Shown here: one piece after another, positions 9,535 through 17,969 of the stretch
Numbering within the stretch: the first letter of the stretch is position 1
Layout of the letters: each line of letters begins with the position of its first letter
Assembly: GCA_036394915.1 (NCBI GenBank)
Contig: DASWEE010000144.1
Coordinates: forward strand, 17,142 to 81,141
DNA from: Gaiellaceae bacterium
GTDB lineage: Bacteria; Actinomycetota; Thermoleophilia; Gaiellales; Gaiellaceae
DNA length: 64,000 nt
Direction: 5' to 3'
Program-made: the position numbers and the translations under genes
Notes under the pieces: model-generated
Told to the model about the DNA's origin: nothing
Seen by the model: the letters and a program-made list of their open reading frames with translations, nothing else
Databases searched by the model: none

Positions 9535-10384
9535 GCGCTACGACTATGACGAGCGGCGCCCCTTCGATCTCGATTCGGCATCGGAGCCGGAGATGGAGGA
9601 AAAGAATCCCTTCATCGAGGACAGCCCCCTCGTCGAGCCCGAGCGTCCGCCGTGGGAGGAGCCTGCGTCACCGCCGCCGGCGGCCTACGAGCCCTCTCCG
9701 GCCTACGCGGCCGAGGACGTGGTCGACGACGAGGAGCCGCTGAAAGAGGAGCCTTTCGCGGAGGAACCGCCTGCGTTCGAGCCCGAGGCCGAGGCCGAAC
9801 CCGAGCCTGAGCCTGAGCCGGAGCCCGAGCCCGAGCCGGAGCCCGAACCGGAGGAACCCGAGCACGAGCTCGCGCTTCCGCTCGAGCACACTCCTTCCGG
9901 TCTCGACATCCCCGACGGCTACCGCACGCTCGAAGGCGAGGCGACGGGAGCACAGCGCTCGGTCGCGGTCGTCGTCAGCCGCTTCAACGGGGAGATCACG
10001 AACCAGCTGCTCACCCGCGCTCTCGACGAGCTGGAGCTGGCCGGCGTGATGAGAAGCGCGATCACGATCCTCACCGTGCCCGGGGCGTTCGAGCTCCCGC
10101 TCGCGGCGATGGCTCTCGGCAAGACGCGCCGGTACGCCTGCGTGGTCGCCCTCGGCTGCGTGATCCGCGGCGAGACGCCGCACTTCGACTACATCTCCTC
10201 GGAAGCCGCAAGCGGCCTCCAGCTGGCCGCCCTCGAGACGGGAACGCCTGTCTCGTTCGGCGTGCTCACCTGCGAGACGCGTGCGCAGGCCGAGGCCCGG
10301 CTCGACCGCGGGGCCGATGCCGCCCGCAGCGCGCTCGAGATGGCGGACGTCTTCTCGAAGCTCCGCGCTGCCGCAGCAGGCTAG
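9518..10384 (+). CDS. ribH: 6,7-dimethyl-8-ribityllumazine synthase with ~130-aa acidic N-terminal extension
   Basis: C-terminal ~155 aa 'VAVVVSRFNGEIT...GAFELP...IRGETPHFDYI' matches lumazine synthase. No in-frame ATG or GTG lies between 9527 and the catalytic domain, so the extension appears to be translated. Confidence 0.85.
   Translation: MQTMNERYDYDERRPFDLDSASEPEMEEKNPFIEDSPLVEPERPPWEEPASPPPAAYEPSPAYAAEDVVDDEEPLKEEPFAEEPPAFEPEAEAEPEPEPEPEPEPEPEPEPEEPEHELALPLEHTPSGLDIPDGYRTLEGEATGAQRSVAVVVSRFNGEITNQLLTRALDELELAGVMRSAITILTVPGAFELPLAAMALGKTRRYACVVALGCVIRGETPHFDYISSEAASGLQLAALETGTPVSFGVLTCETRAQAEARLDRGADAARSALEMADVFSKLRAAAAG
9782..9860 (+). repeat. Tandem hexanucleotide (GAR-CCN)n repeat encoding (EP)n/(EA)n inside ribH
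   Basis: 'gaggccgaggccgaacccgagcctgagcctgagccggagcccgagcccgagccggagcccgaaccggaggaacccgag'. Confidence 0.9.
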
Positions 10385-11334
10385 TGCGCTACCGCTCGCT
10401 CGGCTCGTCCGGGCTGATGGTTTCCGTCGTTGGGCTCGGCAGCAACAACTTCGGCACCCGCTGCGATCGTAGGGAGACCCGCGCGGTCGTCGACGCAGCG
10501 ATCGAGTCGGGGATCTCCCTGATCGACACGGCCGACATCTACGGCGGAGGCGGCGACAGCGAGGCGTTCATCGGCGACGCGCTCAAGGGCCGCCGGGAAG
10601 AGGTCGTGCTCGCGACAAAGTTCGGCATGGACATGAGCGGCAAGAACGGGCCGGACTGGGGGGCACGCGGCTCCCGTCGCTACCTCCGGATCGCCGTCGA
10701 AGCGTCGCTTCGGCGCCTCCAGACCGACTGGATCGACCTGTACCAGTACCACCGTCCCGACGGCGTCACCCCGATCGAGGAGACGCTCGCCGCCCTCGAC
10801 GAGCTCGTGCGCGAGGGCAAGGTGCGCTACGTCGGCTCCTCCAACTTCAAGGCGTGGCAGGTGGCCGAGGCCGAGTACGTCGCGCGCCGCGACGGACGGT
10901 CGCGGTTCGTGAGCGCGCAGAACCACTACTCGCTGCTCGAGCGCGGCGTCGAGGCGGAGCTGGCGCCGGCGTGCCAGCACCTCGGGATCGGGATCCTGCC
11001 CTTCTTCCCGCTCGCCCATGGGTTGCTGACGGGGAAGTACCGGCGCGGGCATCCACCGCCAGAGGGGTCGCGGCTGGAAGGCCGCTCGGAACGGCTGACG
11101 GAAGAGGTCTTCGACCAGCTCGAGGCGCTCGAGCGGTTTGGAGAGGAACGGGGACGCTCGCTGCTCGAGGTCGGGATCGCGTGCCTCGCCGCCCAGCCCG
11201 CCGTCGCGTCGGTGATCGCCGGCGCGACGGAGCCCGAGCAGGCGCGTGAGAACGCGAAGGCGGGCGACTGGGTGCCGACGGAGGAGGATCTGGCCGCCCT
11301 CGACGAGATCATCCCGTCTCCCCGAGCCGAATAG
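10384..11334 (+). CDS. Aldo/keto reductase
   Basis: 'IDTADIYG', '[15 protein letters not shown]', '[11 protein letters not shown]' are typical of the AKR family. Confidence 0.85.
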   Translation: MRYRSLGSSGLMVSVVGLGSNNFGTRCDRRETRAVVDAAIESGISLIDTADIYGGGGDSEAFIGDALKGRREEVVLATKFGMDMSGKNGPDWGARGSRRYLRIAVEASLRRLQTDWIDLYQYHRPDGVTPIEETLAALDELVREGKVRYVGSSNFKAWQVAEAEYVARRDGRSRFVSAQNHYSLLERGVEAELAPACQHLGIGILPFFPLAHGLLTGKYRRGHPPPEGSRLEGRSERLTEEVFDQLEALERFGEERGRSLLEVGIACLAAQPAVASVIAGATEPEQARENAKAGDWVPTEEDLAALDEIIPSPRAE

Positions 11335-11347
11335 CTACACTCGCGCC

Positions 11348-11545
11348 ATGTCCAAGGTTTGCGCCGTCTGCGGCAAGAAACCCTCGTTCGGCAACAGCCG
11401 AAGCCACTCGATGGTGGCCACGAGGCGCCGGTTCGAGCCGAATCTGCAGCGGGTCCGCATCCTGGTGAACGGCGCGGCGAAGCGCGCCTACGTCTGCACC
11501 CGCTGCCTCAAGGGCGGCAAGGTCCAGAAGGCAGCTTCGACCTAG
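11348..11545 (+). CDS. rpmB: 50S ribosomal protein L28
   Basis: '[37 protein letters not shown]'. The tracked ORF from 11246 includes a non-coding upstream extension. Confidence 0.9.
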   Translation: MSKVCAVCGKKPSFGNSRSHSMVATRRRFEPNLQRVRILVNGAAKRAYVCTRCLKGGKVQKAAST

Positions 11546-11596
11546 GGCCTCCGGACCCGCTCCTATACTCGTTCGATCCCCGCTCGACCGGGAACC

Positions 11597-13657
11597 TTGA
11601 CGCTCCCGGCCGGCTTTGCCGGTCTGGACCCGCCTGCGGAATGGCCTCCGACGCGCGGGGCGGCGCGGCCTGAGCAGCTCGAGCGGCCGCTCGACTCGCT
11701 CGCGGGCGTCGGTCCCGCGCTGAAGCGGAAGCTCGGCAAGCTCGGCCTCCGGACGATCGGCGATCTCCTGCGCCATCGCCCGCGGCGCTACGAAGCCGCC
11801 GCTCCGGAGCGGCGCATCGCCGACCTGTTCGGGACGGAGGAGGTCGCGATCGCCGGCGAAGTCCGGCGAACGAGCGTCCGGCGCCCGTCGCGGCGGCTGG
11901 CGATCGTCAAGGCGCGCGTGGCCGACGAGAGCGGCGAGATCGACGCCGTCTGGTTCAACCAGGTCTGGCTCGCCGACCGGCTGCAGCCCGGTACGCGCGT
12001 CCGGTTGCGCGGGCAGCTGCGCCGCAACGAGTTCAACGTCCGCTCCTACGACCTGAACGGCGTCACGGCTACCGCCGACTTCGCCCCGGTCTATCCGGCG
12101 AGCGAGGAGGTGCTGCCGAAGAAGCTGCGCGAGCTGGTCGCGGCCGCCCTGCCGCACGCGCGCGACCACCCCGACCCGCTTCCCGCAGGGCTCAAGCAGC
12201 GCGAGCAGCTGCCGTTGCGCTCCGACGCGCTCTGGGCGCTGCATCGCCCGCGGTCCGCCGAGGAAGCGGAGCGCGGCCGCCGCCGGCTCGCGTTCGAGGA
12301 GCTGCTAGTCCTCCAGCTCGGCCTGCTGCGCCGCGGCCGCGGGCGGGAGGAGGCCGTGGCGCCGGCGCTCGGCGGGCCGGGCGCGCTGATCGAGCGCTAC
12401 CGCGCGGTGCTGCCGTTCCGGCTCACGCCGGACCAGGAACGGGCGATCGCGGAGATCGACGCCGACCTCGACCGGACGGTGCCGATGCAGAGGCTGCTGC
12501 AGGGGGACGTCGGCTCGGGCAAGACGGTCGTCGCGCTGTACGCGCTCCTGCGCGCGGTCGAATCCGGGCGCCAGGGTGCGTTGATGGCGCCTACGGAGAC
12601 CCTGGCCGAGCAGCATTTCTTCACGCTCGACGAGATCTGCGGGAAGATCGGCGTCAGCACCGGGCTGCTGACGAGCTCGCTCCCGAAGGCTCAGCGCGAC
12701 ACGGGTGCGAGCGTGCTCGTCGGCACTCACGCGCTGATCCAGGAGGGAGTCGACCTCGGCAACGTCGCAGTCGCCGTCGTCGACGAGCAGCACCGGTTCG
12801 GGGTCGAGCAGCGCGCGGCGCTTGCCGTCGGCCGGTCGCCGCACGTCCTCCACATGACCGCGACGCCGATCCCGCGCACGCTCGCGCTGACGGTCTACGG
12901 CGACCTGCAGGTGAGCGAGATCGCACACCCGCCGGCGGGGCGGAAGCCCGTGATCACGAGTTGGGTGGCCGAAGACCGCAGCGCAGAGGCTTACCGACGG
13001 TTGCGCGGGCACCTCGAGGCGGGCCGCCAGGCTTACGTGATTTGTCCTTTGATTTCGGAGTCGGAGACGATCGAGGCCCGCGCCGCCGAGCAGGAGGCAG
13101 AACGGCTGCGCAGGGCGGAGCTGCGCGGCCTGCGCGTCGGCTGCCTGCACGGGAAGCTGCCCCCGCGCGAGCGCCGCGAGCTGATGCGTGCGTTCAAGGC
13201 TCGCGAGCTGGACGTGCTCGTGGCGACGACCGTGATCGAGGTCGGCGTGGACGTCCCGAACGCGACGATCATGATCGTCCAGGAGGCGGACCGGTTCGGG
13301 CTCGCGCAGCTGCACCAGCTCCGGGGCCGTGTGGGGAGGGGCTCGGAGCAGTCGTACTGCCTGCTCGTCTCCCGCGCCAAGGAGGAGCTGACCGACTCGG
13401 CACTGGCCCGCCTCGAGGCGCTCGTCGCGACGGGCGACGGCTTCGAGCTTGCGGAGACGGATCTCGAGATTCGCGGAGAGGGGCAGCTGCTCGGGACGAG
13501 GCAGTCAGGACTCTCGGATCTCGCGTTCACGCGCCTGCGCGCCGACCGCGCCCTGCTCGAGCGCGCCCGCGAGGCCGCGGGCGAGCTGCTCGACTACGAG
13601 GGCCCGCTCGATGACGAGGTCGAGCGGATGTTCGGCGAGGCGGATGTGAGTGCGTGA
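11597..13657 (+). CDS. recG: ATP-dependent DNA helicase RecG
   Basis: Wedge/OB-containing N-terminus, 'GDVGSGKTVVA', 'DEQHRFGV', 'TATPIPRTL', 'HQLRGRVGRG'. The TTG start is uncertain. Confidence 0.9.
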   Translation: MTLPAGFAGLDPPAEWPPTRGAARPEQLERPLDSLAGVGPALKRKLGKLGLRTIGDLLRHRPRRYEAAAPERRIADLFGTEEVAIAGEVRRTSVRRPSRRLAIVKARVADESGEIDAVWFNQVWLADRLQPGTRVRLRGQLRRNEFNVRSYDLNGVTATADFAPVYPASEEVLPKKLRELVAAALPHARDHPDPLPAGLKQREQLPLRSDALWALHRPRSAEEAERGRRRLAFEELLVLQLGLLRRGRGREEAVAPALGGPGALIERYRAVLPFRLTPDQERAIAEIDADLDRTVPMQRLLQGDVGSGKTVVALYALLRAVESGRQGALMAPTETLAEQHFFTLDEICGKIGVSTGLLTSSLPKAQRDTGASVLVGTHALIQEGVDLGNVAVAVVDEQHRFGVEQRAALAVGRSPHVLHMTATPIPRTLALTVYGDLQVSEIAHPPAGRKPVITSWVAEDRSAEAYRRLRGHLEAGRQAYVICPLISESETIEARAAEQEAERLRRAELRGLRVGCLHGKLPPRERRELMRAFKARELDVLVATTVIEVGVDVPNATIMIVQEADRFGLAQLHQLRGRVGRGSEQSYCLLVSRAKEELTDSALARLEALVATGDGFELAETDLEIRGEGQLLGTRQSGLSDLAFTRLRADRALLERAREAAGELLDYEGPLDDEVERMFGEADVSA

Positions 13658-14090
13658 CCAGCTCCAGATCGTCACCGCGATAGTCCGCCGCGCAGACGAC
13701 CTCCTGATGGTGCTGCAGGCCGGACCGGACGAGAAGCCGGGCTGGACCGTCCCGGGCGGCCGCGTCGAACCGGGCGAGTTCGTCACCGACGCGCTCGTAC
13801 GCGAGGTGAAGGAGGAGACCGGCCTGACGGTGCTCGACCTGGGCCGGCTTGCCTTCACTGCGCAGGTGGACAAGCGGCGCGACGGCTGGTTCGCGACCGT
13901 CTGGGACCGGGCCAGAGCCCAAGAGCATCCCCGGAAATTTAGGGTCAACGTTCTTCCGCGCCGCTGCGCGGATCCCACAAGCGGCATTGGTTCAGCGTGC
14001 GCTAAGCGCGAATTCAGCGGTTTGCAAGCGGTGGCGAGTATCAGCGAGGCAGAAGACGCGCCCACAGCTGGGGGGCAAAGTAACAGGTGA
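13650..14090 (+). CDS. NUDIX hydrolase, apparently disrupted: native sequence to ~13915, then a low-GC3 read-through tail
   Basis: Nudix box 'GGRVEPGEFVTDALVREVKEETGL'. After 'GWFATVWD' the codon composition changes (GC3 about 60% against >85% before it) and the translation looks non-native. Confidence 0.6.
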   Translation: MRDQLQIVTAIVRRADDLLMVLQAGPDEKPGWTVPGGRVEPGEFVTDALVREVKEETGLTVLDLGRLAFTAQVDKRRDGWFATVWDRARAQEHPRKFRVNVLPRRCADPTSGIGSACAKREFSGLQAVASISEAEDAPTAGGQSNR

Positions 14091-14104
14091 AAGGAGCTAC
14101 AACC

Positions 14105-14431
14105 ATGCGCCCACTCCTCAGGCTCGCCCTCCTCGTTGCAGTAGTAATCGTCAGCGGATCGTTTGGCGCAAGCGAAGCGATGTCAGCCGTTCCCGTGCCG
14201 CGAGGCACGGCTCCGATCTACCAGACGGATCTAGTCGATCCGGGCTGGCCGCCGTGCGTCGCGACACATGAAGGAGCGACCTGGATCGACCGGTACGGGA
14301 ACATGTGGGAATGTAGGTTCGTCTTCGACCCTTACGTCGGCTACATCTACACGTGGAGGAAAGTGAAATGCACAATCGGTCCGGCTTCCGTTCAGGATCC
14401 CGCTCCTCCCAATCACCGGCGATGGAATTGA
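14105..14431 (+). CDS. Hypothetical small secreted protein (108 aa)
   Basis: AAGGAG lies 7 nt upstream of ATG 14105. Signal peptide 'MRPLLRLALLVAVVIVSGSFGASEA'. Three Cys and Trp/Tyr-rich mature part. Lower GC. Confidence 0.55.
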   Translation: MRPLLRLALLVAVVIVSGSFGASEAMSAVPVPRGTAPIYQTDLVDPGWPPCVATHEGATWIDRYGNMWECRFVFDPYVGYIYTWRKVKCTIGPASVQDPAPPNHRRWN

Positions 14432-14769
14432 CGCCTCGAGCTGGTCAAATCGTCGCCCTCGCCGGCCAACGCGCGAAGGATCTCGGCCATGAACGCGTTG
14501 GCGCTGAGCACCTTCTGCTTGCACTCTCGGAGGAGAAGGAGAGCGTTGCGGCCCTCGTGCTGCGGGAGCTGAACGTGGCCGAGGCGCTTCGGCAGCGGCT
14601 CCTGGAGATCTTTGCAGAGCCCGGCTACAACACGCCGACCAGACGGTTGACCGATTCCGAAGGTCGATTCCTCGGCAACGTAGAAACCGATGAGGAGGGC
14701 AACGACATCTTGGTTGACTCCGAAGGCAACGAGCGTCCCTGGCCTGGAGGTGGACATCAGTCTGACTAG
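14422..14769 (+). CDS. Clp N-terminal (Clp R) repeat domain protein (115 aa)
   Basis: 'LTPRAGQIVALAGQRAKDLGHERVGAEHLLLALSEE' matches the Clp_N repeat. Followed by an acidic tail. Confidence 0.65.
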   Translation: MELTPRAGQIVALAGQRAKDLGHERVGAEHLLLALSEEKESVAALVLRELNVAEALRQRLLEIFAEPGYNTPTRRLTDSEGRFLGNVETDEEGNDILVDSEGNERPWPGGGHQSD

Positions 14770-14770
14770 T

Positions 14771-14869
14771 TGGTGGCAGGAAGCGCCACGGGGCCGAAGC
14801 GCGGAGCTCGACCCGCGCCCAGTCTGGCTGCGCCGCGTGCACGAGGACGGCCGCGAGGAGTGGCTCTAA
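14771..14869 (+). pseudogene. Possible orphaned 3' remnant of the disrupted NUDIX gene
   Basis: High-GC open frame 'WWQEAPRGRSAELDPRPVWLRRVHEDGREEWL*' with no start codon, directly after the low-GC cassette. This is inference only. Confidence 0.3.
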
Positions 14870-14878
14870 GGTGTCGCC

Positions 14879-15274
14879 ATGACACTCGAGCTGATCAATC
14901 CAGAGGGGCTGGGGGAACCGCCCTCCTACAGCCACCTCGCCATCGCACGTGGCAGCACGCTGGTGTTCCTCTCCGGCCAGGTCGCGTTCGACCCGGAGAG
15001 GAACCTCGTCGGCGAAGGGGATGTGGTGGCGCAGGCCGAGCAGGCGTACCGGAATGTCGCGACGGCGCTCGACGGCGCCGGCGCGTCCGTCCGCGACGTC
15101 GCGAAGCTGACGACATTCGTCGTCGGCCATCGGCCGGAGCTGATCGAGCCGATCATGGCTGCGCGAGAGGCCGTCTTCGGCGACCACAAGCCGGCGAGCA
15201 CATTCCTCGGCGTCGAGGCGCTCGCGCGGCCGGGGCTGCTCGTCGAAGTGGAGGCCATCGCCGTTCTGGACTGA
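14879..15274 (+). CDS. ridA: RidA/YjgF family reactive-intermediate deaminase
   Basis: 'PPSYSHLAIARGSTLVFLSGQVA', 'KLTTFV', 'VEVEAIAV'. Confidence 0.9.
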   Translation: MTLELINPEGLGEPPSYSHLAIARGSTLVFLSGQVAFDPERNLVGEGDVVAQAEQAYRNVATALDGAGASVRDVAKLTTFVVGHRPELIEPIMAAREAVFGDHKPASTFLGVEALARPGLLVEVEAIAVLD

Positions 15275-15281
15275 GCGATCG

Positions 15282-15521
15282 CTAGTGCGGCGAAAACGCG
15301 ACGGTGAGCAGGAACGCGAATCCGGACGCGAGGACGAAAGCGCAAATCGCGAGGGCTGCACGGAGCCAGAGCCGACTCGGGCCCGTGGCCCCGAACGAGC
15401 CGGCGCCCACGACCACGCCGGTCACGAGCACCAGCGCCAGACGCGCGGCGTCCGGCCTTCCGCGCTGCCTGCGGCCGCGCTTCCGACGATCCCGCCGACC
15501 ACGGCCAAGACGGTCGCGCAT
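15282..15521 (-). CDS. Possible small two-helix membrane protein
   Basis: High GC3 and two hydrophobic segments ('LALVLVTGVVVGAGSF', 'ALAICAFVLASGFAFLLTVAF'). Start unclear, no homology recognised. Confidence 0.35.
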   Translation of the reverse strand: MRDRLGRGRRDRRKRGRRQRGRPDAARLALVLVTGVVVGAGSFGATGPSRLWLRAALAICAFVLASGFAFLLTVAFSPH

Positions 15522-15606
15522 CCGAGCGCCGCGCGTCCGACCTCAGATCCCGCGTTTCGTGGGCTCATCCCGCCATGATCCCAACGATCCCGTCAAGCTC
15601 TGAGGG

Positions 15607-16284
15607 GTGAGGATTATCGCGGGCACCCGCAAGGGCCATACGATCTACGCCCCAAAGGGAATGGAAACGCGCCCCACCGGCGACCGTGTCCGCGAGGCGG
15701 CGTTCAACCTGATTGGGCCCGTCGACGGCGCCTCGGTTCTCGATCTGTACGCCGGCTCCGGTGCGATGGGGCTGGAGGCGCTCTCGCGTGGGGCCGACCG
15801 CGCCGTCTTCGTCGAAAGCGACCGCGACGCGTCCCGCGGGATCGAGCGCAATCTCGAAAAGCTGGGGCTGACCGGCGCCCGTGTCGTCTGCGACGACGTC
15901 CTGCGCTTCCTCGCCTCAGAGCGGGGCAGCTACGACCTCATCCTGGTCGATCCGCCCTACGAGATGGTTGAATCCCTGCAAATGCGGCTTTCGCATTACT
16001 TGCCGGCGCTGCTGGCCGAGAACGGGCTCGTCGTCTTCGAGACCTCGGCGCGCGACGAACCGGAGCTGCCGCTGGCCCAGCGGACGAGCCGGCGCTACGG
16101 CTCCGCCCGCCTGACGCTGTTCGAGCACTTCTCGCGTTCCTCGGGCCCCACTGGCGGTTCGGGGCCGGAGGGGATAGTGCTCGGCACAGCCCCGGAGAGC
16201 ACCGGGCCGCCAGTGGGGTCAGGCGGCTCCGGAGGCCGGCTTCGCCGGCCGGGAGGAGCTGCCGGCGAGGGACGTGAGGAATGA
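15607..16284 (+). CDS. rsmD: 16S rRNA (guanine966-N2)-methyltransferase RsmD; the last ~45 codons read through a repeat element
   Basis: 'RPTGDRVREAAFN', 'LDLYAGSGAMGLEALSRGA', 'LVDPPY'. The ORF has no stop until the TGA overlapping the coaD ATG. Confidence 0.85.
   Translation: MRIIAGTRKGHTIYAPKGMETRPTGDRVREAAFNLIGPVDGASVLDLYAGSGAMGLEALSRGADRAVFVESDRDASRGIERNLEKLGLTGARVVCDDVLRFLASERGSYDLILVDPPYEMVESLQMRLSHYLPALLAENGLVVFETSARDEPELPLAQRTSRRYGSARLTLFEHFSRSSGPTGGSGPEGIVLGTAPESTGPPVGSGGSGGRLRRPGGAAGEGREE
16130..16279 (+). repeat. 150-nt structured palindromic repeat, copy A
   Basis: Aligns with 52397..52546 and 57478..57627. Core 'ggggccggaggggatagtgctcggcacagccccggagagcacc'. Helices CTCGCGTTCC/GGGACGTGAG, CCCCACTGGCGG/CCGCCAGTGGGG, GGCCGGC-ttc-GCCGGCC. 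Confidence 0.9.
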
Positions 16285-16796
16285 ATACGGCCATCGTCCC
16301 TGGGAGCTACGACCCGGTCACATTCGGCCACTTGGACGTGATCACGCGCGCGGCGGCGATCTTCGACCGCGTCGTCGTCGGAGTCGTCCGCGACCCTCAT
16401 CACAAGGGGACGATGTTCTCGGTCGAGGAGCGCGTCCAGTTCCTGCGCGACGCACTTGCGGAGAACGGCAACGTCGAGGTGGATGTGTTTTCAGAGCTCG
16501 TGGTCGACTTTGCGCGCCGTTGGGGCGCGAACACGATGGTCAAGGGCTTGCGCGTGATCTCCGACTTCGAGTGGGAGTTCCAGATGAACCATCTGAACCG
16601 GACGCTGGCGCCAGACGTCGAGACCGTCTACGTGATGGCGAGCCCGCAGTACAGCTTCGTCTCCTCGAGCGGCGTGAAGGAGATCGCCTCCTTCGGGGGA
16701 AAGGTGGACGAGTTCGTTCCCCCCAACGTCGCAGCCCGGTTCGCCGAGCTGTTCCCCGGCGGTCGTCCCGGTGCGCCCGTCAACCCGCAGGAGTAG
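16281..16796 (+). CDS. coaD: Phosphopantetheine adenylyltransferase
   Basis: 'AIVPGSYDPVTFGHLDVITRAA', 'SSSGVKEI'. Confidence 0.95.
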   Translation: MNTAIVPGSYDPVTFGHLDVITRAAAIFDRVVVGVVRDPHHKGTMFSVEERVQFLRDALAENGNVEVDVFSELVVDFARRWGANTMVKGLRVISDFEWEFQMNHLNRTLAPDVETVYVMASPQYSFVSSSGVKEIASFGGKVDEFVPPNVAARFAELFPGGRPGAPVNPQE

Positions 16797-16823
16797 CCGG
16801 TCAGGCCAGTAGACTCTTTTCCA

Positions 16824-17324
16824 ATGGACGTTCTCGTACTCATCGACAAGCTGGACGATCTCGTCCACAACGCGAAGGCCGTTCCCCTTACGGATCAGGT
16901 GCGAATCGACCGCGAGGAGATCTACGACATCCTCGACCAGATGCGCGCCACCATCCCCGAGGAGATCAAGCAGGCGCGCTGGATCGTCAAGGAGCGGCAG
17001 GAGATGCTGGCCGAGGCGAAGCGCGAGTGCGACCGCATCCTCGGCGAGGCCCGCGAGCAGGCGGCGCGTGAGGCGTCGCAGACCGAGATCGTCAAGCTCG
17101 CCGAGCGCCAGGCGCAGGAGATCGTCGACGATGCCCGCCGCGAGGCCCGCGAGCAGAAGCTGGAAACCGAGGACTGGATCGACCAGATGCTCTCGACGCT
17201 CGAGACGAATCTGGACAAGTTCCTCGGCGCGGTCAGGCGCGGTCGAGAGCGGCTCCACGAGCGCTCGCAGGAGTCCGTCATGGTTGGGGTCGGCGCTCCG
17301 GAAGACGAAGAACCGCCGTACTAG
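16824..17324 (+). CDS. Coiled-coil protein (DivIVA / F-ATPase b-like charged helix), function unknown
   Basis: 166 aa, E/R/K/A-rich heptad-like sequence, high GC3. Lies between coaD and yceD. Confidence 0.6.
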   Translation: MDVLVLIDKLDDLVHNAKAVPLTDQVRIDREEIYDILDQMRATIPEEIKQARWIVKERQEMLAEAKRECDRILGEAREQAAREASQTEIVKLAERQAQEIVDDARREAREQKLETEDWIDQMLSTLETNLDKFLGAVRRGRERLHERSQESVMVGVGAPEDEEPPY

Positions 17325-17356
17325 CCCGGCCATCGGCGTCGCTACCCTGGGTAGTA

Positions 17357-17866
17357 GTGACCGTCTTCAACCTGCGTACGATCAAGCTCCGCTCCGGTGA
17401 GGAGTACCGCGACGAGCAGGAGATCGAGCTCGAGCCGCTTCGCCTCGCGGGGCAGCGCTATCTCCCGGTGCCCGACAAGATCCCGGCTGAGCTCGCGATC
17501 ACCCGCGCAAGCACGGGAACCGTCTTCGAGCTGAGCTTCCTCGGCCGGCTGCACGGCCCCTGCTTCCGCTGCCTGAACGAGACGGCGATCGAGGAGCGAA
17601 TCGCCGCCCGCGAGTACCAGGCGAACAGCCCGGGCGAGTCGGAGGAGCTCCGTTCTCCCTACTTCGAGGACGACCGGCTCGACCTCTCCGCCTGGGCGCG
17701 GGACGCCCTCGTCCTCGCTCTCCCGGCGAAGATCCTGTGCCGGCCGGACTGCGCCGGGCTGTGTCCCGTCTGCGGCAAGGACTTGAACGTCGAGCCGCAC
17801 ACGCACGAGGAGACCGAGCCGGACTCCCGCTGGGCCGCGCTGGCCGAGCTCCGCGACCGGCTGTAG
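17357..17866 (+). CDS. yceD: YceD/DUF177 family protein (large-subunit rRNA accumulation protein)
   Basis: C-terminal 'CRPDCAGLCPVCGKDLN...H' motif. In the conserved position upstream of rpmF. Confidence 0.85.
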   Translation: MTVFNLRTIKLRSGEEYRDEQEIELEPLRLAGQRYLPVPDKIPAELAITRASTGTVFELSFLGRLHGPCFRCLNETAIEERIAAREYQANSPGESEELRSPYFEDDRLDLSAWARDALVLALPAKILCRPDCAGLCPVCGKDLNVEPHTHEETEPDSRWAALAELRDRL

Positions 17867-17969
17867 GATTTGACGCGGCGCTCCGGCGCCAACCTATGCG
17901 TGACTGATTGAGCCCATCCCTCGTTCGCGCGCCTTACGCGCGCCCTCAGCTCTCAGTCAAGGAGTCCCA

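Noticed and set aside
9782-9860. Short tandem repeats that might be a CRISPR-like or minisatellite locus.
   Set aside because: A 6-nt period with no spacers. It lies in-frame inside ribH and encodes (EP)n, so it is low-complexity coding sequence and not a CRISPR array.
17896-17907. Three-codon uORF (ATG CGT GAC TGA) in the ABC-F leader as an attenuation leader peptide.
   Set aside because: There is no Shine-Dalgarno sequence, it is extremely short, and there is no obvious alternative terminator/antiterminator pairing. The evidence is too weak to call.
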